Source of the DNA: Eledone cirrhosa
Lineage: Eukaryota
Direction: 5' to 3'
Length of the DNA stretch: 64,000 nucleotides
Assembly (NCBI GenBank): GCA_964016885.1
Contig: OZ024740.1
Coordinates: 289,292,001-289,356,000, forward strand
A program made the translations under genes and the position numbers. The stretch's first letter is position 1; each line of letters starts with the position of its first letter. Shown piece after piece: positions 37,987-50,579 of the stretch. A model generated the notes under the pieces. The model was not told where the DNA came from and made no database searches. It worked only from the letters and a program-made list of their open reading frames with translations.

Positions 37987-38080
37987 GGGGAGAGAGAGAG
38001 AAGGAAAAAGAGAGAGAGAGAGGGAGGGAGAGAGAGAGAGAGAGGGAGGGAGAGAGAGAGAGAGAAGGAGAGAGAGAGAA

Positions 38081-38132
<52 letters not shown>

Positions 38133-38229
38133 TGAGATAGATTTAGAAGCTTCATCGGATTTTTTGACTATAGAAAAACAGTCTAAATCATAGGGCATAC
38201 AAGTCCCCTAATGAAAAAAAATGAACATC

Positions 38230-38300
38230 AGCACCTGTGGGACCCGAACCTACACTTTAACTTTTGTTAGGCAGAAATTCTGTCATTACACTAAAGTGCT
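38230..38300 (-). pseudogene. tRNA-Val-like sequence, left unit of a divergent pair
   Basis: Acceptor AGCACTT/AGGTGCT, A-box TAGTGTAATGA, loop CT-AAC-AA, GGTTCG T-loop, downstream T-run. Anticodon stem broken. Confidence 0.55.
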
Positions 38301-38310
38301 CGACCTCACT

Positions 38311-38381
38311 GGTACATTGGTGTAATGGTAGCGTTTCTGCCCGACAAGCATAAAGGTGTAGGTTCGAATCCGGTAGGTACT
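38311..38381 (+). pseudogene. tRNA-Val-like sequence, right unit
   Basis: A-box TGGTGTAATGG, B-box GGTTCGAATCC, arm TCTGC-CCGACAA-GCATA, downstream TTTTT. T-stem imperfect. Confidence 0.6.
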
Positions 38382-38437
38382 AATGTCCCTTTTTCCCTGA
38401 AAGGGGTTTGTGTTGCCTTATTATTTAGACTAAATTT

Positions 38438-38655
38438 AGGGCGGTGGATTGGCAGTATCGGTAGAGGGTCGGGTGCCATGATTTGCAGCATAGTCTTACG
38501 GCCCTTTATGATCTGAGTTCAAATCCCGCTGAGGTTAACTTTGCCTTTCATCCTTAGAGGTCGATAAAATAAAGTAGCAGTCACGCACTGGGGTCGATTT
38601 AATCGACTTTCCCCTTCCCCCAAATTGCTGGCCTTGTGCCTATATAAGAAACGAT
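38438..38655 (+). mobile_element. SINE family A, full-length long subfamily
   Basis: GGGCGGTGGATTGGCAG ... GGCCTTGTGCCTATATAAGAAACG. Confidence 0.92.
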
Positions 38656-38999
38656 TATTTAAACTATTTTTATATAGTAAAACAATTCGATGAAGCTTCA
38701 AATTTCTCATCGTTTCTAAACACACATTCACACACACACACGGACACGCATACTAACATACATACACCCACGCACATACACACATGTATATTTACATGTT
38801 GTTTGACCTTTGTCAGTTCTGACAGCAAGTGATCCACTTGTTTGACCAACGGAACAGCCTGCTCATGAAATCCTTGTGCAAGTGACTGAACATTCATTAA
38901 ACATGTGTACCCTTAAGGTACTTCTCAAGGAGATTGATTTTGACGCAGTGACAATATCAACAATATCAGTCATCAGCATAAAAGAGGTTTTCTATTAGG

Positions 39000-40000
39000 G
39001 ATTCAAAGTGTGTCCTTTAGAATTAAACCGTTTGAGAAGGAATAACAGTGCGGTTATACGCTAACGTATATAAACACTATAAGAGCCGTTTTTGAAAGTG
39101 ATTCAATAACTTATAATGTATATGGCAAATAAAGTAGGAGCAGTTATACTCGTATCATCCTGTTTTACTCAGTTCACCATATTTCATGCATCTGAAACTT
39201 TAACTCAGAGTTGTATACGTAGATCTCTTTTCAAGGTTAATAAGCCTTGTATATACTTATTGGATCTTGCAATACTTCTTTAGAAATTTGGTAAGCCTTG
39301 TTTTTGAAAACATCTAATTAAAAATTCTGCTTACTAATTTAGGGCTATATTTCACTTTCAATTTAATTCGTACAAATACTACATCTCTTAAAACCCGAAC
39401 ATCTTCCGCCTCATTACAATTATTCCTTCTAGTTAGAACATAATAAATCATGTCATTTCTTGAAACTTTGGTACATCCATGTTAGTTTGTAGAGCAGCAT
39501 ATTTTCAAAGAAAGTGTAACAAGCAATCAAATTCAGCTCTGTGCCCATTTGTAGCAAAAATAAACCATTGAAGTTTGACTTTTATTGTTTCATACCATAA
39601 TAGTCTAGGCACTTACATATTTCAAAATTTTCACCAACCCATTCATTAAATTTGCGAAAGACAATTTACTTTATTTACAACCTTTTTAGTTGCTCATAAA
39701 ACAGATGTTTGTGTTCATCGGAATTATTTAATGTGTACTGCCATTGATGAATGTCACTGAAAAGACGAAAAGCAAAGCAAATACTAAGGTCATTGAGTAA
39801 AATGATCTCAGATCAAAGATTATACCTGCTTGCCATACCAGTAAACGATTAATGAGCATGCGTCTAACCATCAAACTCCAATATTAGATCGAGCTTGTTT
39901 ATCATCACGTGTATTTCTATGTAGCTGCAGATACTATGTTGAGTTCATCCGTCCTCATGAAAGATATTAACTCTGTTTTACTAGGTTTCTAGCAACTCTT
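39000..40000 (-). mobile_element. Ancient RTE-clade LINE remnant (APE endonuclease and RT pieces, internally deleted)
   Basis: Manual translation gives TLNNSDEHKHLFYEQL..FNEWVG..NFNGLFLL..TFF (EN), and VKQ..APTLFAIYI and SVYIR..LKRFNSK (RTE RT), with many stops. Confidence 0.65.
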
Positions 40001-40887
40001 TTGACTATTCTAGCTTGGTGAGGTGCCATTTTAGTCATCGACCATAAATATATTTAATAAACATACATACAAACATGCATACATACTAACATATATATAC
40101 ACACATAAACACACATAACTATATACATACATACACACTTTCACATACAGATATGCACAAATCATAGACAATATTCAAAAGCGTTCGTGATTGTTCATGA
40201 GGTTTTTCAACTGAGAACACTATCGTGTCAAGAGGCCATTGTATATCGAAGTTAACAGTCCGCCATTTTCTGCACTTCCCACTAAACAAAGAAGAAATCT
40301 GTATAGAACTTGGCAGATTTAATGGCTAATTTCAAAATTAAGCTTGGCTATTGTGAAAGGAGCTAAATCGAATGACTTTTATTTGCTTCAAATATTTCGG
40401 CTTAATATTTATCAAGCCAAAAATAAAGAAAAGTAAAATGGAAAAGAAAATGAAATATAATTTAAAGCAATGTTTTCATTATCATCTGCCAGACGTTTTC
40501 TATGTTGTTTATTTTGATCTTTTGTTGGTGCTGATGGAGATTATTTTATAGAGGCGGGGTGGCTTAGTTTTGGTTATCATATACATCAATACGTCTCATC
40601 TTTTAAGGAACGATTATCCCAAGCTACATCCTATCCATTGCTACACCACGTCTCTCCATTTCATATAACACCCTCTTTCCTGTGTACTTCCTCACTTCAC
40701 CAACATCGTCACCATCGTCATCACCATAATGATCATCATCATCGCTTTTGTATCCGCCATTGCCAACTAGTCGAGAGCTTATTAGTACCAGACATATGCT
40801 TACAATCACGCACATGCATACATACACTCTATGTTTGCACGCACACAATTATAGACACGTGTATCGGTATCAAGAATCAATCAATCT

Positions 40888-40940
<53 letters not shown>

Positions 40941-40941
40941 C

Positions 40942-40995
<54 letters not shown>

Positions 40996-40996
<1 letters not shown>

Positions 40997-43809
40997 AGGA
41001 GTTAGCCTCAAATAGAAATAGGAAGGAAAGGGAGTTGGTAGATAGTGTAGAAGAGGCAATTAGAAGCGGCGACGTGGCCAGAGTGCTAGCGTCGAGAACG
41101 GCCCTGGGCCAGTTCTTCGACGCGAAACACGAAGGCTGCATCGTCCGAAGCAAAATACGTGCTCTGGGAAACGAGGGGACCAAAGCTGTTAGCTGGGCCC
41201 GCGTGACAGAAGCCAAAAGAGGGAGCAGATCCACTATCCGGTCTTTGCGAGAACAGGATGGACGGGTGATCCTTGAACCTAAGCAGATGTGCGAGGCTTT
41301 TCAAAAGCACTTTGCCGGATTGTTCAGAAGGGGCGGGGGGCTGGTTGGGGATGTGGACTTCGGTCCATACCTCGACGGCCTGCCGCGTCTCTCGGACAGG
41401 GAGGCGAAGTCCTGCGAGGAGCCGATTTCAGCCGCTGAGATAGAGGACGTGCTGAGCCAATGCGGCAAACGCAAATCCCCGGGTCTCGATGGTCTTCCAT
41501 ACGAACTATATCTAGCTATGCCGGACTTGTTCCCCCATCTCCTCGAGGCGGTCTACTGCAACTGGCAACAGAACGGGAGAATTCCCTGTGCTGTGACCAA
41601 GGGCGTAGTCACGCTAGTGAGGAAGGACGAGAACAAGGGGGACGATATAAATAATTTCAGGCCCATAACTCTGCTAAATACAGAGTTACAGATTTTGGCT
41701 AAGGTGCTAGCAAAGAGGTTGGCGCTTGTCGTGGGCAACCTGGTGGGAGATGCGCAGACATGTGCTATCCCGTCCAGGTCCATCCACGACAACCTCCACC
41801 TCATGCGATACATCATAGAGAGGGTTGGGAACGAACCCGGCTTTGGTGGGGCCCTGATCAACTTGGATCAATCTAAGGCATTCGATAGGGTCGACCATGG
41901 TTACCTGGATGCGGTGCTAGCGGCGGCAGGCTTCGGACCCGTTTTCAGGGGCTGGACCAATGCCATGCACAGCAGCCGCATCTGCTCTAGGGTCAAGGTG
42001 AACGGCTACCTCTCGGAGCCGTTCGAAATCTCGCGGTCCATCCGACAGGGGTGCCCTCTCTCCTCCCTTCTGTATGTAATGACTCTAGAGCCACTGCTGC
42101 GGAAGTTGGAGTTGTTGCAGGGCATCCCGTTGGAACCGGGATTGCGGAAAGCGGTGTCAGCCTACGCCGATGACGTAACAGTAATGGTGTCGACGGCCTC
42201 GGAAATCGGGGCGATCGGCACCTTACTGGAGGAGTACGAAAGGTTTACAGGGGCTAAGCTGAACCGGGACAAGTCGATCGGTCTGCAACTCGGCACGTGG
42301 AGGAGCAGATCGATGCCCTCCGATGGCGTCGTCGGGCGCTGGACGGAGGGCCCGGTGAAGTTGCTCGGGATCTGGTTCGGACCAGACCTCCAGGTGGAGA
42401 AGAACTGGGGTGAGGTAACCAACAGGGTGTTTGCACTGACCCAGAAGTGGGCCGAGTGCAAACTGTCCCTGAAAGGTCGGGCGGAGGTGGCGAACACTTA
42501 TATAGCGTCCGTCATCTACTACCGCCTGACCGTTGTGCCTTGCCCAAGGGAAACGCTCGCCAAAATGGAGCGCGCACTCTTCCAATTCCTTTGGAAGAAG
42601 CGGGCTCCTATGGTGAGGAGATCCATCTGCTGTCAACACCCTTCGAAAGGAGGGCTGGGGATGCCGTGGCTAATGATACGTAAACACGCATTAAGGCTAC
42701 GGCACCTTCAGGTATTCCTCTCCGGTCAACCGGTGTGGGCCCCGTTTGTTAGGCGAGCCTTTCCCAGACTCGTCTCACTCACCGAGCTGCAATCCTGGGT
42801 CAAGCAAAGGCCGAGAAAACTGGGCGCCTGGCACACCGAGTGTGCCCAGGCGCTCATGGCTCTCTGGCAGGCGGACCCGGCTGTCAGTGGAGAATCCACC
42901 TCGTCATTCTATAGAGGGCTGGTGGTTAGCAGGTGCGACGACGCCCTCGGAGAAGCCCTAGGCATGGAGGAAGACGAACTGGCCAACCTGTTCGGTAGGA
43001 CATTCAGCCCGGGACCCATGGATAACTTCCAGAGGTCCCTGGCCTGGCAATGCTATAGAAGGGCTCTGCCCGTTCGAGAAAGGCTCTACAGACACGGGCG
43101 CCCGGGTAGGGACCCATCGAAAAAGATCTGTCCCAGATGCGTGTGCGACGAGGAAACCGTTGCACACGCATTAGTACACTGCTCGGGCATTGCCGATCTG
43201 TGGGGCTATGTCGAACAACTGCTGTCAAGGGTGGGACCGATCCGGTTGACCACCGAGTCTATTGTAACGATCAAGCCACCTCCCTTCTTCAAAAACGAAG
43301 GAGAGGCGGTGTTTCTGTGCGTAATAGCCATGGCGAAAGAGGTTGTATGGTGGACGCGTCTGAAAGGACTGAGGTCAGACACCTTTCTCTCTGGCCAATA
43401 ACTGGTCCGTTTCTTCCGATATCATTTCGGAAGAAGGATCGGGATGGAGAGAGAGGTGCTGCACCCCAGCCGTTTTTATGAAAGATGGGTGAAAGTGGCG
43501 AGAATGGCCCGTGTGAATGGGCCTTCACTCTACATCAGACTATAGGTGAGGAAGATGAAAGACCAAGGGAGCACCCCTTCTCTGTGCTCCTGAGGAGAAG
43601 GGTTGCACACTTTTTTTCGGGGGTGTGTGTGACCCCCCAAGGCGCCTCCTCTCTATTGAGGACTTTGTTATAAATTTTATTTTTTGTTATATTTTATTTT
43701 ATTTTTATATATTGTTATTGCCACCTCCTTATTAAGGACACCTTGTTTTGTAAACTCCCCCCATTGTACTTGTCCCGCTTTTGATGCCCTGGTGGCAAAT
43801 AAAAGAAAC
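40996..43809 (+). mobile_element. Tx1/L1-clade LINE copy 3 (related subfamily), 5'-truncated, 3' end intact, in (TATC)n
   Basis: Starts after (TATC)n. Ends CCCTGGTGGCAAATAAAAGAAAC followed by ATATCTATCTATC. Confidence 0.95.
41035..43401 (+). pseudogene. Tx1 ORF2 fragment: RT plus C-terminal zinc finger, 788 aa uninterrupted
   Basis: KSPGLDG, NFRPITLLN, DQSKAFDRV, RQGCPLS, YADD, GGLG, CPRC..ET..H..HC. No EN domain, premature TAA near the C-terminus. Confidence 0.9.
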
Positions 43810-44314
43810 ATATCTATCTATCTGTCTATATGTTTATCTGCTTGTCTATATGTCTACTTTCTCACCTGCCCTCTCTCTAGCTACCTATCTACCTGACTGT
43901 CTGTGTGTGTGTCTGTCTGTCTGTCTGCATATATATCGATGCATTCGCTTGTCAATCGATATTACTAGTATTCTATCGATCTATTTGGGTAATATCTCCT
44001 AAATATATGTACTCAAACATACATATGCACACACACAGATATATTGTGTAATATTGTCCGATATTTACACGCGTGTTTCTACATCTCTCTCTCTCTCTCT
44101 CACTCTCTCTGTCTTCCCCTCTCTCTCTCACTATCTCTGTCTCCCCCTCTCTCTCTCACTCTCTCTGTCTCCCCCTCTTTCTCTCACTCTCTCTGTCTCC
44201 CTCTCTCTCCCTCACTCTCTCCCCCTCTCTCCATATATATATATAATTAAAAAAAAATTTTTTTTATAGGTTTCTGCCAGTATTGGCCTAGGCCATACCT
44301 AACTTAATAGAACC

Positions 44315-44421
<107 letters not shown>

Positions 44422-44517
44422 TTTTTGAAAAAAAGAAAAAAGAATGACTTCACTTGTAGTTCTAAACAATTTGATTTAATTTTATATTATAATATTATAA
44501 TATTATGAGTTGATAGA

Positions 44518-44571
<54 letters not shown>

Positions 44572-44590
44572 ATATATATATATATATATA

Positions 44591-44625
<35 letters not shown>

Positions 44626-44648
44626 ATATATATATATATATATATATA

Positions 44649-44868
44649 AGTAGTTCCACAACAGTTCATCAAACCGAGAACAAATGCTTCACGTTATGCA
44701 GATCTTCAGCTCGGTCTGAGTGAAGTTGTACGGAAAAGGAAAAACAACCGTATGAATACGCATACAGAGAAACGTTTTTCCGTACAAATTCGCTCAGACC
44801 CAGCTGAAGATCCGCAAAAAGTGAAGCATTTGTTCTCGGTATGGTGAACTAACTGTTGTGGAACTACT
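44649..44868. mobile_element. Fold-back element 4: ~90-bp inverted arms with hammerhead-like motifs
   Basis: 44649-44738 versus 44775-44868. Minus strand TCAGACCGAG-CTGAAGA-..-GAAGC-attt-GTT^CTCGGTTTGA (10-bp stem I, GAAG variant, weak stem II). Confidence 0.7.
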
Positions 44869-44981
44869 TTTACCAAACTCGTCCCATGGACTGAGTGCTC
44901 TACTACTACGGATATAACCCTCCAGTGTTCTACTATTATATATATTAATATATATATATATATCATAAAGAAGAGATACTG

Positions 44982-45166
44982 TTTTAAATGTACATCCTCT
45001 GTTTAATATATAATCCTATTATACGTATTTCGAAGACGTCAAAGTGGTTGCGTAATAACCCTTTGATTTGTAGAGAATACGTCAGAGGGTTATTATGCAA
45101 CCTCTCTGACGTCTTCGAAATACTTATAACAGGATTATATAATAAACGGAGGATGTACATTTAAAA
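44982..45166. mobile_element. Fold-back element 5: ~85-bp arms around a degenerate long-stem-II hammerhead
   Basis: 44982-45066 versus 45082-45166. tTGtAGA-GAAtACGTCAGAGGGTT..AACCtCTCTGACGTcTTC-GAAA-TAC(G/T)TATA. Confidence 0.65.
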
Positions 45167-45419
45167 GTTTCTTTTTTCTCTATAATATAGAAACTCCGGT
45201 ACCTTATCGATAACATTTTAAGGAATACAAATCGTAGAGTGCTTTACGTCTGTTTACAAAAACAGTCGGTGGATTATCTGATCAACCGACTTCCCCAAAT
45301 CGACTAATATATATTCCAACTATATCAAGCGTAAAACTAATATGCATCTTCATTGTACTATATCGATTGGTGTGGTGTTATCCGTTTACTTTTTCTGTAT
45401 ATATATATAGTCACCCATC

Positions 45420-45820
45420 ACACAGCAAACAAAACACTATACACACACGCAAACGCATGCGCAAAGAAGACAAAATAAAATAAACAAACAAGCAAATAAA
45501 TAAATAAATATATAGACAGACTGAATAAAAATGGCGTAGACATACAATACAACAGGAGGAAAATATAACACCATTGACGATGTTGCAGATGTGCAACGAA
45601 AGATTTATGATAAACTATATATATGTGTTTGTGTCTATATTGTATCTGTATTATTTTTGACCGTTGGTCAGTCAATGGCAACATTGAGGACCGAGTAAGT
45701 TAGATTACCGATATAAAAGACACAGAAGCGAGAAGCGAAAACCAACCAAACAGTGAGTGTGTTCTGTTATTAATTCTGGCAATATTACACAAATATGACC
45801 CTCCCCAAGTATAACAATAT
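45420..45820 (+). mobile_element. Single non-inverted copy of the fold-back-2 unit, mutated hammerhead core at 45574-45607
   Basis: Near-identical to 36513-36728. tTGACGA-t-GTTGCA gatg TGCAAC-GAAA. Confidence 0.8.
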
Positions 45821-45871
45821 ATATATATATATATATATATCTGTACATATATATAGTGTGTGTATATATCT

Positions 45872-45907
<36 letters not shown>

Positions 45908-45947
45908 ACACACACACACACACACAAATATATATATATATATATAC

Positions 45948-46222
45948 CCTTCATTCCATGGGATTTGCACCTAGAAAGTTCCCCTCCGAGGCACATGTCC
46001 GGGCAAGGTTGTCACCTATGCATACCAGCCTTCCCCCGCCACACCACCGATGTTGTCAAAAGGAAAGGTAATAGTCGATACAGCTTGGCACCAGTAGCGT
46101 CGCAACTCATTTCTACAGCTGAGTGAACTGGAGCAACGCGAAATTAAATGTCTTGCTTAAGGACACAATGCATCACCCAGTCCGAGAATACCCAATACTC
46201 TAACCACTAATCCACGTGCTTT
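45948..46222 (-). mobile_element. SINE related to family B with a different 3' tail
   Basis: Core CAGCTGAGTGAACTGGAGCAACG..GTCTTGCTTAAGGACAC. Confidence 0.7.
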
Positions 46223-46303
46223 GACGTATATATATACACACATATACATTTTTTTCCAATTCCATCCCGCCTGTCCCCTCAATCTATTTTATTTCTCATT
46301 CTT

Positions 46304-46339
46304 TCTTCTGATGAAGGACTAACGCCCGAAACGTTAAGA
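46304..46339 (+). ncRNA. Minimal type I hammerhead ribozyme (Penelope pseudo-LTR type)
   Basis: TCTT-CTGATGA-a-GG(actaacgc)CC-GAAAC-GTT^AAGA. Palindromic AACGTT stem III. Confidence 0.7.
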
Positions 46340-48254
46340 CGCTCTTTCCTGCTATATCAGTTATTTATGATATCTGTGCTTCTCAATGGAGAAGCTCAAT
46401 GGACATTTTCTCATATCATCAATAATTCAAATTTATAGATATAGAAAGAGAAAGGATCATATTTCATATGAGAACACAGTATTTTGTATACCTAGTACAT
46501 ATACCTAGGAAGAATACTTACTTTAGATGGACAAGGTTATTATTTCTAATGACCATTTCATGATTCAGATAGAACCACAGCTTAAAATCAATCTAAGCAA
46601 TCGATCATTAATCACCAACTATCGATTTTTGTTAAGTTATGAGAGACGCGAATCAGTCATCAGAGGAATCACGTCAAATATTTAAATCAAATATAGTTGC
46701 AATATAGTATATAATACAAAATACCTGTCTATATCGGCTAGGATTCACGATAAATCCCCACGCCAAATGCAGCATGGTGTAATAATGTTTAACCCAAGAC
46801 AACAGTTTTGTTTACGTTTTACGTTTTCTCTGTTAACTGAACCTCGCTATAATGGAGTTTAGTATTGCAGCATTTTAACAGGTAAAACCACGAGGAAAAC
46901 ATTTTTCCTTGCTTCTTATAAGGAATCATTTTGTTCCAAAAACAAAACAACAACAATAAAGAACAACAAGTCAGCCTCACTTAGTTTGTTTTTGCATCCT
47001 GCTATATAATATTACTTATGTAGCAATTTCATATGGTAATAAAAAAATTACCACTCGTATTATCTTACGATAATAAGCATTATCATTAGATATGTGACTA
47101 AAGATCATAAAAAGTGCAGAAGAAAATGAAAAGTATTATTGCGGAATCATTAGGCTTGCACATAATGGATCATTCTCGCAAAATAAAAATAGCCATGCAA
47201 AGTTTAAGTGAGTATAACGTCTTTAAATTATCACACACATGCAGTAAAATCGTTGAAAACACGAAGAAAATGTCATGGGATTGTGTAAATATGTCATGGC
47301 ACCATTTGCCACTTTCACAAGCCATTATCTAGCAAACGGCATTAAATTTAATCAGTAGAAACAAAAAGTAGTTGAGCAAGTCGCTCAAACGTCCATTGCG
47401 TTTTGTGGATGTTTTCAAAATGATCTGATCTTCGTTGCATTCAGACGATAGGGGAATGAACAAGTGCTGATATCAAGTCTGTATTGAAATCTCAAAGAGA
47501 ATTGAATGGTATATATATATTACTTATTCGTCAATTTAAGGTTTGCAATGGCGTTCAAATCTTCGGCAGATGCGTGATTATAGATGAATGATTGTAAGTT
47601 GCATCAACAATATAATGAACTACAGAAATATGATTATAACGAGTTAAACTAAGTAAAGTTTGTACTGTGATGTCTGGAGATGTTATTTATTATGTGACGT
47701 GTTGGACAGTGTGATTTGTGGTGTATATTAAATTTATAAACATGAAAAAGAAGCAGTGGATGTGTGAATGCGGAATCTTAGCTTGAGAAAAGATATCACC
47801 TTGATGACACATATTTAGTAACCTGTGTTCCATGACTAGGCTGTGATAGCACCGACTAATACAATAACTGCTGCAGCCAAAATCCTCTATCCAGCATCTG
47901 AGAGGGGAAAAGAGTGAGAAGGGATATTTGGGCTCTCTCTTGGCTTAAATAATCGCAGGTGTCTTCATAGTTATTTTTAGCGATGGCGTCATAGCCATTT
48001 AAGTTATCCCTGTGATAATTTCGCTCCAAGTTAAACAAACATGTTTTATTGAAGCTTGGAAAAATTTGTGTCCAGACGTAGCGAAGTGAGAGACGATAGG
48101 ATAGCGAATGAAAGAGCCTTGGTCAGCAACAGCCTGAAAGATTCTTGACTGCAGCACACTACAAAAGCCTCCCCATCAGAAATCACAAAAGGCAGATAAT
48201 CAAACTGAACATAATATGTAACAGAAGAATATATGGAAATGTGGAAGAAACAAA

Positions 48255-50490
48255 AAATCAGTCTTATTTCCCCACCCCCAAATATTCACAGACATGCAGT
48301 TCCCAAATTTGTGATCTGAATAGGCGACCGTTTGGAAATGTGGACAACCTATGTTATCCTTATCTGCTCTCCTAATAAAAAAAACCCTATCTATATACGA
48401 TCTAGACGACCCCATGGGGTAGGTCCAGGTCTACACTGGCGCAGTAGGGAAATCTAATCAGAACCTGTCAGGCTGTTGGAACTGGCTGATCAGGCCTTTG
48501 CACCTCCCGCTCCTATCAGCTATTTCAACATATCCCAACATGCGTCTAAGATGTTGTTCCAGTCCCCCGCTAACAGTAAAGGGCGAGACGTTCCCAGAAA
48601 GGCTTCCGGGTGCCTAAAGAAACCCAGCTGTCCGGCCCCGGTCGGGGCTTGGACGGCCAGCAGTCTGACAGTACCACCTTCGCTATTGCTCATGTCCAGG
48701 AGCACTGACTTACCGCCCGGGTCCTGGAAGATCGATCATACCTCGAGATCCAGGCCTTTCCTAAACAGCACTACCACACCACCCCCTATTCCCGACAGAC
48801 TAAGAGATGCGAAGATCTGATGGTCATGGAAAATGGGGGCTATGCGCGTGTGTCGGAAATCTTGGTTTCGTTGACGGCAATCACATCCATATATAGTGAC
48901 TTGAGGTCGTTCAGCAAGCGACTCTGCTTCCAGGAAAACCATAGGCTACGAACATTCAAACATTTTACTCTTAAGATGGCCATGTTGGCTGGTTAAATAA
49001 CAGAGGAAAGGTTTACTTACTTTCCCGGGGCTTGCGGAGGTCGGGGGGTTTCGATCTCATTTCTAGTTGGTGGGGTTCTCTTAGGAACCCTTTCAAAATC
49101 CTACTCGAGGCGTTTTCCCTAGGGTCCCCACGTCGAAGGGGAAGCTCTTCCTAATGTTCTTGTATGCTTCTAGCGGCATCTGCACAATCAAAAGTGCTTG
49201 GGGCACTTTGAAGATGCAGGTGTAAAAAATCTCCCATTCTTTCTCAATGTCTTGATTTCGTGTTGCGAGACATTAGTTCTTTGTTGTTCTTTTTCTGTTT
49301 TTGGTTGTGGCTGTGTCGGTGTTGTTCGTGGTTGTGTTTTTGTTGACGGTTGTGGTGCCCGTGTTATTTTAAGTCTGCCCGTGTTCACTGTGGGTATGTT
49401 TTGTGTGCTTGTTGGTGTCCCGTCCCGGTGGAATCGTGGGAACACGGACCCTTACTGTCTTCCTCCCCATGTAGGACATGTACATGATTATTTGGTCCGT
49501 TTTGTAGGAGACCACCAAATGCTTGATAGCATGGACCTTAGTTTGGAAAAGCACCGAGATTCTCCCGAATTGTTTGGCCCTTGCTATATGCTCAATGTCA
49601 TCAATTATGCACTTCAGTGCAGCCTCTACCTGTCTTTGAGAGTCTATCTCGCTTTGCGAGATTGCACTGAAATACATCTATATTTCAGAGTTCTCCCCTC
49701 CGTCACTGCCGTCACCTCTACCAGGACGTTTAAGTTGGCCCAGGTCTTTTCTCTCGTGATAATCTTTAACGCCTGGGTTAAACGTTTATTCTTTTCTGTT
49801 AAATCCATTGAGTACAAGGTTTGACTTTTTGCCGCTATGACTGCAAAAGTTTAGGTTGTTATCGTTGCACAAGTTGTCGTTCTTTTTATTGCTGCTGTTT
49901 TGCTGCTTTTCATTGTAGCTGTTGTGGTTGTTCATGTTGTTCTTGTTGTTGTTCTTGTTGTTGGTGTTGTCGTTGTTGGTGTTGTTGTTGGCGTTGACGT
50001 CGTTGGTGTTGTTGTCATTGTTGTTCTCACTTGTTTTCTCGCTGGTCTTGTTGGTGTTGTAGTCGTTGTTGCAGTTGTTGGTCTTGTCATTATTCCCGTT
50101 GTTGCTCTCATTTGTCTTGTTTTTGTTGTTGGTGCTGCTGTTGTGGTTGTTGTTGTTAATACTGCCTAAAATGGTGAAGGTGTTTATAATGGTTGTGATA
50201 GGGGCGGTGTTACTCTGCTCGACGTTTGAGCCGCTGTCACATGACAGCTGTCTTAACGCGAGGGGGCGTATTTCGTCCATGTTTTAAAACATTTATATAA
50301 ACACAAATTAAAGTTCAAATATTTGGGCCTTTGGCCCAAATATTATGGGGAGTTGCTTCTTCAATGCTAAGACTACAGTCTTATGACCTTTTTGTAATAA
50401 AAATACTAATAACAAAAGGACTTAAATATGTTAAATCAAGAAACTTAAACGAGTTCACAATAGTACGACTTTTCACTTCAAACACCAATA
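48255..50490 (-). mobile_element. Tx1-clade LINE copy 4 (divergent family): 5' UTR, ORF1 and EN only, decayed
   Basis: Fragments GGGVVVLFRKGLD, QAPTG..FLGTSRPLLLAGDWN and SRSYIDRVF. ORF1 remnants RAKQFGRISVLF and YMGRKT. Confidence 0.85.
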
Positions 50491-50579
50491 GTAATAATTG
50501 TTTCTACTTTAGGCACAAGGCCTGCAATTTGGCGGGAGGGGAAAGTCGATTAAATCGACCCCAAAGTATTACTGATACT

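Noticed and set aside
38230-38381. Functional tRNA genes
   Set aside because: Each unit has a broken arm (anticodon stem on the left, T-stem on the right). Reported as tRNA-like only.
39617-39756. Apparent minus-strand exon with a polypyrimidine-CAG acceptor and GTAAGT donor
   Set aside because: Has in-frame stops and translates as the endonuclease of an ancient RTE, with homology continuing across both splice-like sites.
46400-48250. Non-repetitive-looking AT-rich stretch as a possible host exon or old transposase
   Set aside because: Only short ORFs with no recognisable motifs. It cannot be assigned without a database search.
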